Part shown: positions 14,290-27,170 of the stretch, in pieces
How positions within the stretch are numbered: the stretch's first letter is position 1
How the letters are laid out: the number at the start of each line of letters is the position of its first letter
Notes under the pieces: generated by a model
The model's database searches: none
What the model was told of the DNA's origin: nothing
What the model saw: only the letters and a program-made list of their open reading frames with translations
Assembly: GCF_001194135.2 (NCBI RefSeq)
Contig: NC_068990.1
Location: forward strand, 41,404,158-41,468,157
Source: Octopus bimaculoides
Lineage: Eukaryota
DNA: 64,000 bases
Reading direction: 5' to 3'
Made by a program: the position numbers and the translations under genes

Positions 14290-14490
14290 CTTTGTGTCTA
14301 TCCCCACCACTGCTTAACAGTCGGTGTCGGTGTGTTTATGTACCCATTGCTTAGTGGTTCGAAAAAAATCGAATAAGTTCTATGCTTTAATAAAATACTG
14401 GAGGTGATTCATTTGACTAAAAATTCTTCAAGGCGGTGCCCCAGCATGGCCACAGTCTAATGATAGAAAAAAGTTAGAGATAAAAGTATA
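14290..14490 (+). mobile_element. SINE family A, tail fragment
   Basis: ggtgtgtttatgtaccc..ttcttcaaggcggtgccccagcatggccacagtctaatga. Confidence 0.7.
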
Positions 14491-14594
14491 ATTATATGCT
14501 GACTGTAGTCTAATAATGGAGCATATAAATCCACGACGGAAAAATGGATATTGCTACCCGTGGGAATCGAGCCCACGTGTACTAGTACTCATTT

Positions 14595-14719
14595 TATGAG
14601 GGGGTACTGAAAAGTTCCTGGTTGGAGGCCCAACCTCCCGAGTTCTTCTACAGGGCTTAGAAAAACTGAAGGATCGCTGCAATAAGTGTGTGAATCTGAG
14701 AGGGGAACATATTAAATAA
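14595..14719 (+). mobile_element. Internally deleted mariner (Tc1/mariner) remnant
   Basis: TIR-like tatgagggggtactgaaaagttcctgg next to coding remnant GLEKLKDRCNKCVNLRGEHIK*, which resembles the mariner transposase C-terminus (L..RW.KCV...G.YVE*). Confidence 0.7.
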
Positions 14720-14796
14720 GACCATAATTAATAGAACTTCTCGTATATGCCCCAATATTAGACTATTTTCTATAGTCAATATATACGGTGAAAACA

Positions 14797-15611
14797 GTAA
14801 TTATAACAATTATAACAAAGCAAAATAGCTAGTTAGAAAATTTCTATAAGACATAAAAATAGTGACTATACTGAGAAGTAGCCTCCTCAACATGGCTGTT
14901 CCATAGGAACCGACGTTACTGCCATTTTTATCCTTAGGTGGAGTCTCCTCCAGCTGGTTATATTTTTACTATTTTACTTGTTTCAGTCATTTGACTGCGG
15001 CCATGCTGGAGCACCGCCTTTAGTCGAGCAAATCAACCCCAGGACTTATTCTTTGTAAGCCTAGTACTTATTCTATCGGTCTCTTTTTGCCGAGCCGCTA
15101 AGTTACGGGGACGTAAACACACCAGCATCAGTTGTCAAGCGAAGTTGGGGGGGGGAGACAAACACAGACACACAAACATACATATATATATACAAATATA
15201 CGACGGGCTTCTTTCAGTTTCCGTCTACCAAATCCACTCACAAAGCTTTGGTCGGCCCGAGGCTATAGTAGAAGACACTTGCCCAAGGTGCCACGCAGTG
15301 GGACTGAACCCGGAACCATGTGGTTGGTAAGCAAGCTACTTACCATATATTACAATCAGGGGAGCGAACCCCTACCATCTTCTCGCGCGACGACGGGACA
15401 ACTCCACTGCTTGCACTATATATCGGGTGCAGACTGCATCGATAGCCATCTGGAGGAGGCTCCTCCTGAGGTTAAAAAACGGTAGTAACGTCGGTCCCTC
15501 TGGAATAACCAAATTGAAGTGGCGATAAAACAATTACTTCTCAGTACAGTAACTACTGTTATCTGTTATAGAGATTTTCTAACTTTCTATAGACATTACT
15601 TCTTATAATTA
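14797..15611. mobile_element. Fold-back/MITE with about 165-bp diverged inverted arms, interrupted by a nested SINE
   Basis: 14797-14960 matches the reverse complement of 15443-15611 (shared gttagaaaat..ctataa, tactgagaagta, accgacgttact, ctcctccag). Confidence 0.65.
14972..15345 (-). mobile_element. SINE family A, near-consensus copy
   Basis: Clean head and tail in reverse orientation. Confidence 0.9.
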
Positions 15612-15620
15612 TTCTGTTAT

Positions 15621-15953
15621 TTTTTACTTGTTTCAGTCATCAGCCTACAGCCATTTCTGGAGCAACGCCTTGAAGAATTTTTATTCAAATGAATCAACCC
15701 CAGTTCTTTTGCCGAGCCACGGGGACGTAAACATACCAACACCGACTATCAGTCGGTATCGGGTACAGACACAAAGTTACATGCACGTACACACACACAC
15801 ACACACACGTACGACGGGATTCTTTCAGTTTCCGTCAAAATCTTCAATCTCAAGGATTTGGTCGGCCTGAGACTATGGTAGAAAACACTTGCTCAAGGTG
15901 CCACGCAGTGGAACCGAACCCGGAATCATGTGGTTAGGAAGCAAGCTTCTAAC
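15621..15953 (-). mobile_element. SINE family A, older copy
   Basis: Diverged head and tail in reverse orientation. Confidence 0.8.
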
Positions 15954-15974
15954 GCCGACGTGCCAATTTATTTC

Positions 15975-16026
<52 letters not shown>

Positions 16027-16866
16027 TTCACATACATATATACATTCATACGTACCTGGGTACACAAGCTGGTTGACATTTCAGAGGGCTGGAGCTCGCC
16101 CGAATACGAAAGAAAACATCTGGATGTGTAACAACATATAAGAAAACAAGTGCAGTTTGTGAAATATTTTGTTTTTCATTTTAAATATCCACCACCATAC
16201 CCCGCTCCACCACATTCCCACCCCTCACTATCACCACAGCAATGCCACCTCCTTCACTATTCTTACCCTATGTCAGAAGCAATGAGGTCAGATCAAACTG
16301 CTAGGATTTTATTTGGCAAGATTTCAAAATTCGGTCAGTGCTAAGTCACTGAGCGGTCAGTAGCTCACAAAAGCTTTATTCTGCACACGCGTACATTATC
16401 ATGCACGCGTACAGACACATACGAATAAACATATTCACATATATATATGCACACACAAACGCACACTGAGCTACATTGACATACGTATATAAATATAATT
16501 ACATCTATAAATACATGTATCTATTTTATTTATACGCATACCTAAAAACGTGTATACATTCGCATACACACACATATAGGCGTATGTATTGTGTTTATGT
16601 ATGTGAATGTGAAAGGAAGGGAGAGAGGTGGGAGAGCACCCTGTAAGAAGGGAATAAAATTTAATATTTGTGTGCTCTGTGTCTTTTGTTTCCGTCAGTA
16701 TAAGTTTGTGCGCATGCGTATGTGTATTTCTACTCGAATATATCTGTGTTGGTAGGGGGCAGAGTTTTGTGTCTTCCCTAGATTTTTAGTAGTGCAAACA
16801 CAATTTTTGTTGTCCATTTATGTTTAGATATTTCCCCCTTTTCTCCCCTCATTCTCTCTCTCTCTT

Positions 16867-16925
<59 letters not shown>

Positions 16926-17683
16926 ACATACACACACATATATACGTATATATAGGGAACGAGTGGGGTAGAAAGTCAGCGTTCAATTAAGATGTGTGTT
17001 TGTGTGTGTGTTATTGCTGAAAGTAGCCTAGTTTCTGTTAAAATAAGGCCGCTATTTTCTTTTTAAAAAATTCTGTGAACCCTGCGATGTATATCCCTGA
17101 TCACTAACTCTTCAGACTACTAACCTTATTTACCGCCCGTTTACGAGAACAATTCAATATTGCATTATGTTGATTAATAACAAATATATATTCATTAATT
17201 TAGATAAACCCAAACTGAGAAAGGTAGCATGTAAAAGGAGCACAAACAGAAGAAATACCTCCAATCAGGAAAATGAAGCCAAGCTTTATGATCCAATCCA
17301 TCAGATCTTCTTCAATTTTGTGCTTCTTTTTCACGGGTAGGAAGATACTTTAGAGAACAGAAGATATCAGAGCTGGTCATTCATACCGTTAACAGAAATT
17401 GTATTCAGCCAGGAGATGGCATGGCACGGCGGTATTCACTTGTGACTTGTTTGCTCAATAACACTCGTCACGAATGAGTATTCTAGAACAAATCTTCGAG
17501 ATAAATATACGTGGTTATATGTGCACATAGGTGTGTTCTCGTTTATTTGCGAGTTTGTGCATGTTATATAAATGTGTATGCATGTGTTTTCTAAGGATTA
17601 GCTTCAATTTTTGCTGAGTAAATTTGACTCGATGAGGCCTATCTTTTCCCAAACGACAGTCACGTAAGGAATTACAGCAAGAT

Positions 17684-17934
17684 GATTCCCAGACCGGGCG
17701 TTCTGAGTTTTTATTGAGCGAAAACACCTAAAGCTCCACGAGGCTCCGGCAGGGGGTGGTGGCGAACCCTGCTATACTCTTTCATCACAACTTTCTCTCA
17801 CTCTTCCTTCCTGTTTCTCTTGTGCCTGTAATTCAAATGCCAGCCTTGTCATACTGTGTCACGCTGAATATCCCCGAGAACTACGTTTAGGGTACACGTG
17901 TCTGTGGAATGCTCAGCCACTTGCACGTTAATTT
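17684..17934 (+). mobile_element. SINE family C, 5'-truncated, runs into an N-gap
   Basis: gattcccagaccgggcg (tRNA 3'-end-like)..gagcgaaaacacctaaagctccacgagg..gctcagccacttgcacgttaattt; reverse complement of the copy at 23.3 kb. Confidence 0.8.
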
Positions 17935-18339
17935 NNNNNNNNNNNNNNNNNNNNNNNNNNNNNNNNNNNNNNNNNNNNNNNNNNNNNNNNNNNNNNNNNN
18001 NNNNNNNNNNNNNNNNNNNNNNNNNNNNNNNNNNNNNNNNNTAACTCTACTGAGTGTAAAATTTCTATTATTATCTTCTGCATAATTGTAGTGGAATACG
18101 AATAAAACCCGCTTGGTGAAAACCTCTTAATTTAAAATGCAATGAAGAATAAAACCCATTGTTTAAAGGTTTTCCGAAAAAAAACATTTTTCAGGGAGTT
18201 TTCTTTCTCAAAATATTTTGCGAGTAAACTGCATTTATACCGAACTAAAATCAGATAATTAAAAATCAATCATTCAATTTTTTTATGACTTGATTGTTTC
18301 AAAAGTTTTAATTATTCCGTTTCTATTAATGTATTTTTA

Positions 18340-18680
18340 TCTTTTATCTTTATCTTTTACTTTTTTCAGTCATTAGACTGCGGCCATGCTGGGGGCACTG
18401 CCTTGAAGAATTTTTTAGTCTAATGTATCGACCCCAGTACTTATTTTTTAAAGCCTGGTGCTTATTTTGTCGTCACCTTTGCTGAACCACTAACTTACGG
18501 GTAAGTAAACACACCAGCACTTGTTGTCAAGCTGTGGCAGGGGGAACAAAGTAAGAAATACATATATACGACGGGCTTCTTTCAGTTTCCACACACAAGG
18601 TTTTGATCGGCCCGGGGCTATAGTAGAAGACACTTGCTCATGGTACCACTCAGTGAAACTGAACCCGAAACCATGTAGTT
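18340..18680 (-). mobile_element. SINE family A
   Basis: Tail plus partial head in reverse orientation. Confidence 0.8.
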
Positions 18681-20612
18681 TTCTTTTTCTTTTTTTTTTC
18701 AACACTGAAACTCCTGAACCAGTCAACTAAACCAAGTTAGCAAAACTTTGATGACGAAATCGAATAATTCCCTCAGCAATTTAGCAGAAAAACCATTTAG
18801 TGATTGTGTGACGTTGAGATTTGCTTCACACCGCAATGTTACTTAGATCCGAACTTAGAAAACTGGGATTGATATCTCACAAATTATGACATTGGCTAAT
18901 GTTAGACGCTGTAGATTGTGAATGTAGAATTATGAACTACAAAGATCATACCTCTGTCTCTGATCATATATACAAACTACTGAGAAAGTAGATTCGAGAC
19001 AAGAGATAGATTACAGGGCACTAATACAGTGGTTCATATACTGTCACTATAACTTTACCAGACAAAAAGAAACTACGGAAACTTGGAAGAAACCCCACTT
19101 AACATTAATCAAGTAGCATTTATGTTTTTAACATCAACAATCACTCTACGATTATACTTACCACTTCAAGTCAATTTGTATCATTAGGACATCCATAATC
19201 TAGCTTCACGCTCCCGCTTTACAATTTCCTGTCAATAGACACTTAAGTAACACTCCAATGATTTCTTTTCTTCTTAAACGTACCAGCCACTTATTGATTA
19301 TTACACCCGTGACTAATCGTAGCATGACTATATAATGATGTGCTCCTGAGAGAGTTAGTTGTATCGCTGATCTCTTTCAGAAATGACACGATGACCTTCT
19401 TAATCCACCATGTCAATAACCATGATTTAATCAGTGTACGACACTAATAAGCCATGAGGATAGTCTTTGCTATTGTTTTCAATTACTCCAATATATGGAT
19501 CACCTAATCGTCTAGAATTGATTTAAATGGTCTGGAAATCTTAGCTGAATACTTACACTCTTCTGAAATCGTTTTAACCAATTTAAGAGATGTTTTCTGT
19601 GTACTCTCCATTCTCTGCTCGTTTTAAGTTCGCATTAAAACTGCAGAGTTAGATACGGCTGGTAATAATTTTAACTGTACCAGAAAAAAAATCAGGTTGC
19701 TCAACCTATTGAAAATTATGAAGCTCTCTAACATAGAAAAATATTCTTGATATATGTCTTGGGCCACTAAATTGCTTTCTAGATCCAGGAAAACCGTCCT
19801 CATTTGGATGGGAAAAATGCTCTAAGTATAACACGTATCTGAACTTACCGATATTTTTCAGAGTTTGTATTTGAATTAATGTGCTAATCCTTAGTTCTAG
19901 ATGGTTTCTGGTTGAAAACATCAACAATTGCCAGGGATATATTCATTGTTATAGAGGTTTTGGCCACAAACACTGTAGTCTTTGCGTGCATTTCATGATC
20001 TCTGTCTGGTTAGATCTTACGTTCAGAAGGTTAGTAGCATACAGTCACCGTCATCTGTCAGTTCTTTCTCTACTATAAAGGTTTCCGTTTCTTTAAAATT
20101 GGGAATGCCCAATGACCTTGTTTCTACTGGATAGGATGAATAAAACTATTTTATAGACCGATGTTTCTCTCAACACGTTCCTCTGTAGAAGAGAAAATGC
20201 TGACAAGGATTTACTGTTGTTTCCAACAATTTTACCCACTTTTTATGTTTAACACTCTATCCTCATAATTGTAGCGATAATAATTGTTTCACATTTAGGC
20301 ACAAGGCCAGCAATTTGGAGCGAGAGCAATGGTCGGTTTCATTGACACCAAGCTAGATTGATAAGCTAGTTTATCGAGCTAGGAAGCAAAGTTGATCACG
20401 GCAGAATTAGAACTTAAAACGTAATAATATCATTAGATATTGTTGAATACCATTCAATTGATTATGTTAATCCACCAACCTTGTTACAACAATAATATAA
20501 TAATTACTTACCTTATTTCTGAATTTGAAAAATTAGGCAGGTAAAATATGCGCGTGTGTTATAGCTAAAATAGAATAGTTAAGAAATTGTTTTTAATGTT
20601 TTTGGGAAGCCA

Positions 20613-21383
20613 GAACTGGGATAAATCAATGGTTGCCATTTTTTATCATAATTTCCGATATTTCAGGCTAAAACAACCTCTTCAGAAAAAAGGAATCGGA
20701 AATCTTGTGTTACGAGCTAGCTTTTCTGCTCTGTAGTGTGTGTGCATTTATGTATATATGGAATGGAAGCTTTGTCTCCACAGAATATCATTGCTATAAG
20801 TGTTATTTGGTTGCATGCGGCTGGATTCAGTTGGTGGAACGGGGTTTGGTCTTGCTATGATGATGGCTCCTTTTATTCTCTGGTTCCTATTGGCTCGTTC
20901 CGTGGTGTCAATAGAGACCTGGATATCATGAATGAGGAATTTCCGTAAGGGTAATTTGATCGAAGAATCATCAGCATAGAATTGTTCCTTAAACAAATTT
21001 GGAGTTATCTGATAGTATTCTAGTGTAGGATTCATTGCGTTTACTACATATGATTTAATACACTACATAGTAGTACATAGTGGCACAGTAGTAGTACATA
21101 GTATTCAACTAGCAATAACCACGCCTCGGATAACCCTCATTGGCTATGGAACCGCCTCTGCGCAAAGTACTACATAGTAGCAGAGCTGATTAGCTAATAT
21201 AACAATGCTACCCTTTGCATTCCAATTGCACCCTCCTCATATTCAAAAACGTACACACGCTACAGAGCAGAAAAGCTTGCTCGCATCATCAAATTTTCGA
21301 TTGCTTTCTTCCTGAAGACTGGGTCTTAACACAGAAATATCAGAGTATAAATGAAATTGCAAACCGTTGATTTCTCTTAGTTC
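20613..21383. mobile_element. Non-autonomous DNA transposon with about 130-bp diverged TIRs
   Basis: 20613-20745 matches the reverse complement of 21251-21383 (core gagctagcttttctgctctgtagtgtgtgt versus acacacgctacagagcagaaaagcttgctc). Confidence 0.7.
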
Positions 21384-21392
21384 TAATGAGAC

Positions 21393-21765
21393 GCAGGAGT
21401 GGCTGCGTGGTTAGAAGCTTCCTTCCCAACCACAAGGCTCCGAGTTCAGTCCCACTCCGTAGTACCTCGGGCAAGTGTTTTCTACTATAGCCTGGAGCCG
21501 ACCAAAGTATTGTGAGTAGATTTGGTGGAGGGGAGAAACTGAAAGTGAGTGTATGTTTATATGTGAGTGTTTATCTCCCACCAGCGCTTAGCAACCGGTG
21601 TTGCTGCGTTTACGTCATCCAAACTGGCGGTTCGGTAAAGGAGACACATAAAATTAGTACCAGCCTTAAAAAAATAAGTAGTGGGTACGATTCATTTCTC
21701 TAAAATACTTCAAGGCAGTGGTCCAATATGGCCGTAATCCAATGACTGAAACAAGTTAATGATAA
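21393..21765 (+). mobile_element. SINE family A
   Basis: gcaggagtggctgcgtggttagaagc..ctcgggcaagtg..aatgactgaaacaag. Confidence 0.85.
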
Positions 21766-21806
21766 GTCACACTGTTTTGGATTTTCAAAATCATAACAAT
21801 TACTTC

Positions 21807-21877
<71 letters not shown>

Positions 21878-22250
21878 AATGTATATATGTATGTATCCAT
21901 GTATGTGTATGTGAGTATTCCCAGATACATACACACCCCTGTATGTATGTGTGAATGTTGTGTACAGTGCCTATAATGACTTCCATACCGTATTCTCTTG
22001 TTAGTTGGCAGCAATTCATATATATATATATATATATATATATTCACTTGGATAAAATTAAATATAAGAGGAAAATGGCGGTGGAGGAAGGAGAGAAATT
22101 GTTGCAATTAACAGATAGGAATGAGAGGGAGAGAGGAAAATGCAGGAGCCAGTGAAACTAGTAGTGTATACATTGAATAAAAAATGACGCAGATATGAAA
22201 AATAGTTATGAAATTTTCCACAATTATTGTTATTATTATTATCCTCATTA

Positions 22251-22311
<61 letters not shown>

Positions 22312-23297
22312 CAATATTATTTATCTATATATTTATTCTTTTAATTATTCATTTTATTTAGTTCTTTATGTGAAATAAAAATGTCTACCCTGAAGTACAT
22401 CATGATGGAACATTCTCGACCTATAGTTTTATTGTTGCTATTGTTGTTCCTATATATTAAATATTACCGGTTTTGTTGTTGTCGTTGTTGTTGTTGTATC
22501 CTTTTCTTATGAGTTTCTTTCNNNNNNNNNNNNNNNNNNNNNNNNNNNNNNNNNNNNNNNNNNNNNNNNNNNNNNNNNNNNNNNNNNNNNNNNNNNNNNN
22601 NNNNNNNNNNNNNNNNNNNNNNNNNNNNNNNNNNNNNNNNNNNNNNNNNNNNNNNNNNNNNNNNNNNNNNNNNNNNNNNNNNNNNNNNNNNNNNNNNNNN
22701 NNNNNNNNNNNNNNNNNNNNNNNNNNNNNNNNNNNNNNNNNNNNNNNNNNNNNNNNNNNNNNNNNNNNNNNNNNNNNNNTATACATTTATACAGAGTTCT
22801 ACATATAGTCGTAAATATTCACACATGCTTGTATATATACACACGCGGAAATACACACACCCAAAAATATGTGTACGTAGGTAAGATAGTATTTTTTTTT
22901 TATTACAGTTTAATTATATAATTCTGGAAATGATTAATGCAAGTTTATTACTAACTATGCCTTTTCTTTTTGATATTTTTTTAATACTTATTGCATACGT
23001 ATATAGCTAGATATATACAAACATTCATATGCACACATATATAATTAAATACATACATACATTCATAACAGATATATACATATATGCAATAATACATGCA
23101 GAAATATATTCGTATCACATTCAAAATGCGCGTGTGTGAATGTGAGTTTGTGTATGTATATATGTGAATACATCCACATAAGACATACACATATATAGAT
23201 GCATACGTATATATGTGTCAATATATATATGCATACACGCATACACACACACATGTTTGTATGTATGTATGTATGTATGTATTTTTAGATATATATA

Positions 23298-23599
23298 GTG
23301 GCACTCCGTCGGTTACGACGACAAGGGTTCCAGTTGGTCCGATCAACGGAACAGCCTGCTCGTGAAATTAATGTGCAAGTGGCTGAGGACTCCACAGACA
23401 CGCGTACCCCTTAACGTATTTCCTGTAGAGATCCAGCGTGACACAGAGTGTGACAAGGCTGGCCTTTTGAAATACAGGTACAACAGAAGCAGGAAGAGAG
23501 AGTGAGAGAAAGTTGTGGGGAAAGAGTACGGCAGGTTTCGCCACCTCGTGAAGCTTTAGGTGTTTTCGCTAACTAAACACACACAAGGCCCAGTCTGGC
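23298..23599 (-). mobile_element. SINE family C
   Basis: Reverse-orientation homologue of 17684-17934 that includes the 3' end (gtggcactccgtcggttacgacgac). Confidence 0.8.
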
Positions 23600-24485
23600 A
23601 NNNNNNNNNNNNNNNNNNNNNNNNNNNNNNNNNNNNNNNNNNNNNNNNNNNNNNNNNNNNNNNNNNNNNNNNNNNNNNNNNNNNNNNNNNNNNNNNNNNN
23701 NNNNNNNNNNNNNNNNNNNNNNNNNNNNNNNNNNNNNNNNNNNNNNNNNNNNNNNNNNNNNNNNNNNNNNNNNNNNNNNNNNNNNNNNNNNNNNNNNNNN
23801 NNNNNNNNNNNNNNNNNNNNNNNNNNNNNNNNNNNNNNNNNNNNNNNNNNNNNNNNNNNNNNNNNNNNNNNNNNNNNNNNNNNNNNNNNNNNNNNNNNNN
23901 NNNNNNNNNNNNNNNNNNNNNNNNNNNNNNNNNNNNNNNNNNNNNNNNNNNNNNNNNNNNNNNNNNNNNNNNNNNNNNNNNNNNNNNNNNNNNNNNNNNN
24001 NNNNNNNNNNNNNNNNNNNNNNNNNNNNNNNNNNNNNNNNNNNNNNNNNNNNNNNNNNNNNNNNNNNNNNNNNNNNNNNNNNNNNNNNNNNNNNNNNNNN
24101 NNNNNNNNNNNNNNNNNNNNNNNNNNNNNNNNNNNNNNNNNNNNNNNNNNNNNNNNNNNNNNNNNNNNNNNNNNNNNNNNNNNNNNNNNNNNNNNNNNNN
24201 NNNNNNNNNNNNNNNNNNNNNNNNNNNNNNNNNNNNNNNNNNNNNNNNNNNNNNNNNNNNNNNNNNNNNNNNNNNNNNNNNNNNNNNNNNNNNNNNNNNN
24301 NNNNNNNNNNNNNNNNNNNNNNNNNNNNNNNNNNNNNNNNNNNNNNNNNNNNNNNNNNNNNNNNNNNNNNNNNNNNNNNNNNNNNNNNNNNNNNNNNNNN
24401 NNNNNNNNNNNNNNNNNNNNNNNNNNNNNNNNNNNNNNNNNNNNNNNNNNNNNNNNNNNNNNNNNNNNNNNNNNNNNNNNNNNNN

Positions 24486-24486
24486 N

Positions 24487-24544
<58 letters not shown>

Positions 24545-24732
24545 CACATGTATATATATATGTATATGTATATATATATATTTATGTATATATGTGTATG
24601 CATGTATATATATGTATATATGTGTATATATATGTATATGTATGTATATATGTATATATATATATATGCATATGTATATACATATATGTGCATATATGTA
24701 TATATATATGTACATATATGTATATGTACTTG

Positions 24733-24773
<41 letters not shown>

Positions 24774-24830
24774 ATGTGTATGTATAAATATGTGTATGTA
24801 TATATATGTATACACAGATAGTACATTATT
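24486..24830. repeat. (TG)n plus degenerate (TA/TG)n microsatellite next to an N-gap
   Basis: Direct reading of sequence. Confidence 0.95.
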
Positions 24831-25623
24831 ACAAATTTATATATATATATACAACATGTGAATACTTACATATACGCACATATACACACATATATATGTA
24901 CGTATGTACACGACCGGTTTAATTGCCCGTCTAAACTGCACGTGTTATATGGTCAAAATGCCACCGCAGTGAATATAATGACGAAGTACATATATAAATT
25001 TATATAAATAAGGATAAGATCGTCATTTAAAATACCAATCATATCAAGTAACCAGCATGGGAATAAAAGCCTTAGAGGTAATAATTATTATTAGGATTAT
25101 AATTAAGGTTATCTAAAAGATACCACGTAGATACGTACATATATATACATATATACATATATANNNNNNNNNNNNNNNNNNNNNNNNNNNNNNNNNNNNN
25201 NNNNNNNNNNNNNNNNNNNNNNNNNNNNNNNNNNNNNNNNNNNNNNNNNNNNNNNNNNNNNNNNNNNNNNNNNNNNNNNNNNNNNNNNNNNNNNNNNNNN
25301 NNNNNNNNNNNNNNNNNNNNNNNNNNNNNNNNNNNNNNNNNNNNNNNNNNNNNNNNNNNNNNNNNNNNNNNNNNNNNNNNNNNNNNNNNNNNNNNNNNNN
25401 NNNNNNNNNNNNNNNNNNNNNNNNNNNNNNNNNNNNNNNNNNNNNNNNNNNNNNNNNNNNNNNNNNNNNNNNNNNNNNNNNNNNNNNNNNNNNNNNNNNN
25501 NNNNNNNNNNNNNNNNNNNNNNNNNNNNNNNNNNNNNNNNNNNNNNNNNNNNNNNNNNNNNNNNNNNNNNNNNATATAATCTGTTAATCGGTGTTAATAT
25601 TAAGTTAAAAAACAATTAGTATC

Positions 25624-25654
<31 letters not shown>

Positions 25655-26620
25655 TAATAATAATAATTAATTCGTTTTATTGGCCACAAGGGCTAATATC
25701 AATTAAAAACATATAAGGACAAAGACAGGACGAAGGTTACAAAAGGTTTTGTCCGAAAAGGTAGGAAAGTTCGTCTAAACAGAGGAAGAAAACGGAGAAA
25801 GATATAATGAATAAATGAATAATAATAATAATAAAATGATGAAAATACTATAAATCTATTTAGATGTATAACACAAAATGATAAATAATATACGACATCT
25901 ATGAGAGTATATACATTTTGTGGAAAGAATTTTTGAGCACTAAGAAATTTAAGTATAAGCATATATCATCTGTAAGATTTGATTAATATCAGGTAGATTT
26001 GCGAGAAACCCTAAATAATGAAAACATTAAAATTGGGATAGTTAAGAGTGGTAGTTTTATTTTTAAGTACATATACAAATGGAATAGGTTACGAATAAGA
26101 AGGAAGAAAAGAGGGGGAAAAGAAATAATAAAAAGTATATAAGGGCAAAATTGACACCGAAAATGTATTAAGTGTTTTCATATATCAATAGTAAAAAGTA
26201 AATAAGTATCATACAAATTGGAAATAGGCAATTATGATAAATAATAATAATTGGAATAGGTAAGAGAGGGGTGTATCTAAGTACATATTGTAAAAGGAAT
26301 AAATTACAGACAAATTTATGTATATATATGTGTATATTAAGGGGAGGTTCAAGAATTGCCTAAAAGCGTGTTGAGAAAAAGTGGAAGGTATATAAAGATT
26401 TGGTAGAGATGTTATGTTGATAAAAGGAGGGTTACTCAATATAGATGGGACGGTTGAATAATAAATGAATACCCAAGTAGTTTAAGATAATTAATATAGA
26501 CAGTATTATAGAATAGAAATCTGGTACCATAGATAGAAATAATGTAGAGAGAAATATTATACAAGAAAATTTGATTATAAGGAGAAAGAATAAGATAAAA
26601 AGAGTTAAGGTAGGGGGAGA

Positions 26621-27170
26621 TTATTTAAGATTAATGAAAAGGAATTTTGACATATGTCTGCAAGAAAAAAACTTTTTCTTCTCTCGAATTAACAAGGCCT
26701 TTCGTTTTCATTATTTTATAACTTTCTTCGAGGCATAACTTGCAGATCTTTTCAATATGATGGGGCTGAAGAAATTATTTTCCAAGAAATCGAGTAATCA
26801 ATACTGCTTCTTTTAAGTTGCCAAACCTTTTTGGATAGACCTATGCTATTTTCTTTTCTAGGGTCATTAAAGGATGATTTATGATTATTTAAACTTAATT
26901 TGAAAGAATTTTATGTACACCCGATGAAAGTAAATTCAGAGAGACTATGGGTAATAGTTGTTGCTTGGTGACATTCACTCCATCTAGTCTTCTGTAACAG
27001 TGCAATATTTTTATGAAGTATTTTTTTATGTATTCTTTTTTCATACTGAGGAGATCAGCAATAGGCATTGAATTTAATTATAATTAAATTAGCTTCTAAT
27101 ATTCTAATATTTTTACCATGTTATTTACATGTTAATATTAATGTTCGAAATGGTGGTTTGCATGAATTAA
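26621..27170 (-). pseudogene. Decayed Penelope-like element ORF (RT thumb, linker and GIY-YIG endonuclease), Naiad-like
   Basis: Manual minus-strand translation across frameshifts: KPPF..IIKFNAYC*SP..HKKIL..C(N)C..LDG..CHQATTITHSLSEFTFIGCT*NSFKLSLNNHKSSF..LSKKVWQLK..YSISWKII..ICKLCLEE..LVNSREEKVFSCRHMSKFL..*. This follows the NPPF / SYSCxP / YIGxT / NHxxSF / CxLC / CRH order I recall for this PLE type. Confidence 0.7.

Noticed and set aside
15132-15485. Recurrent peptide RRASFSFRLPNPLT..PKVPRSGTEPGTMWLVSKLLT in several ORFs
   Set aside because: It is the antisense translation of SINE family A, not a protein family
20505-20545. 7-nt minus-strand microexon (ttcag AAATAAG gtaagt)
   Set aside because: Length is not a multiple of 3 and there is no supporting gene context
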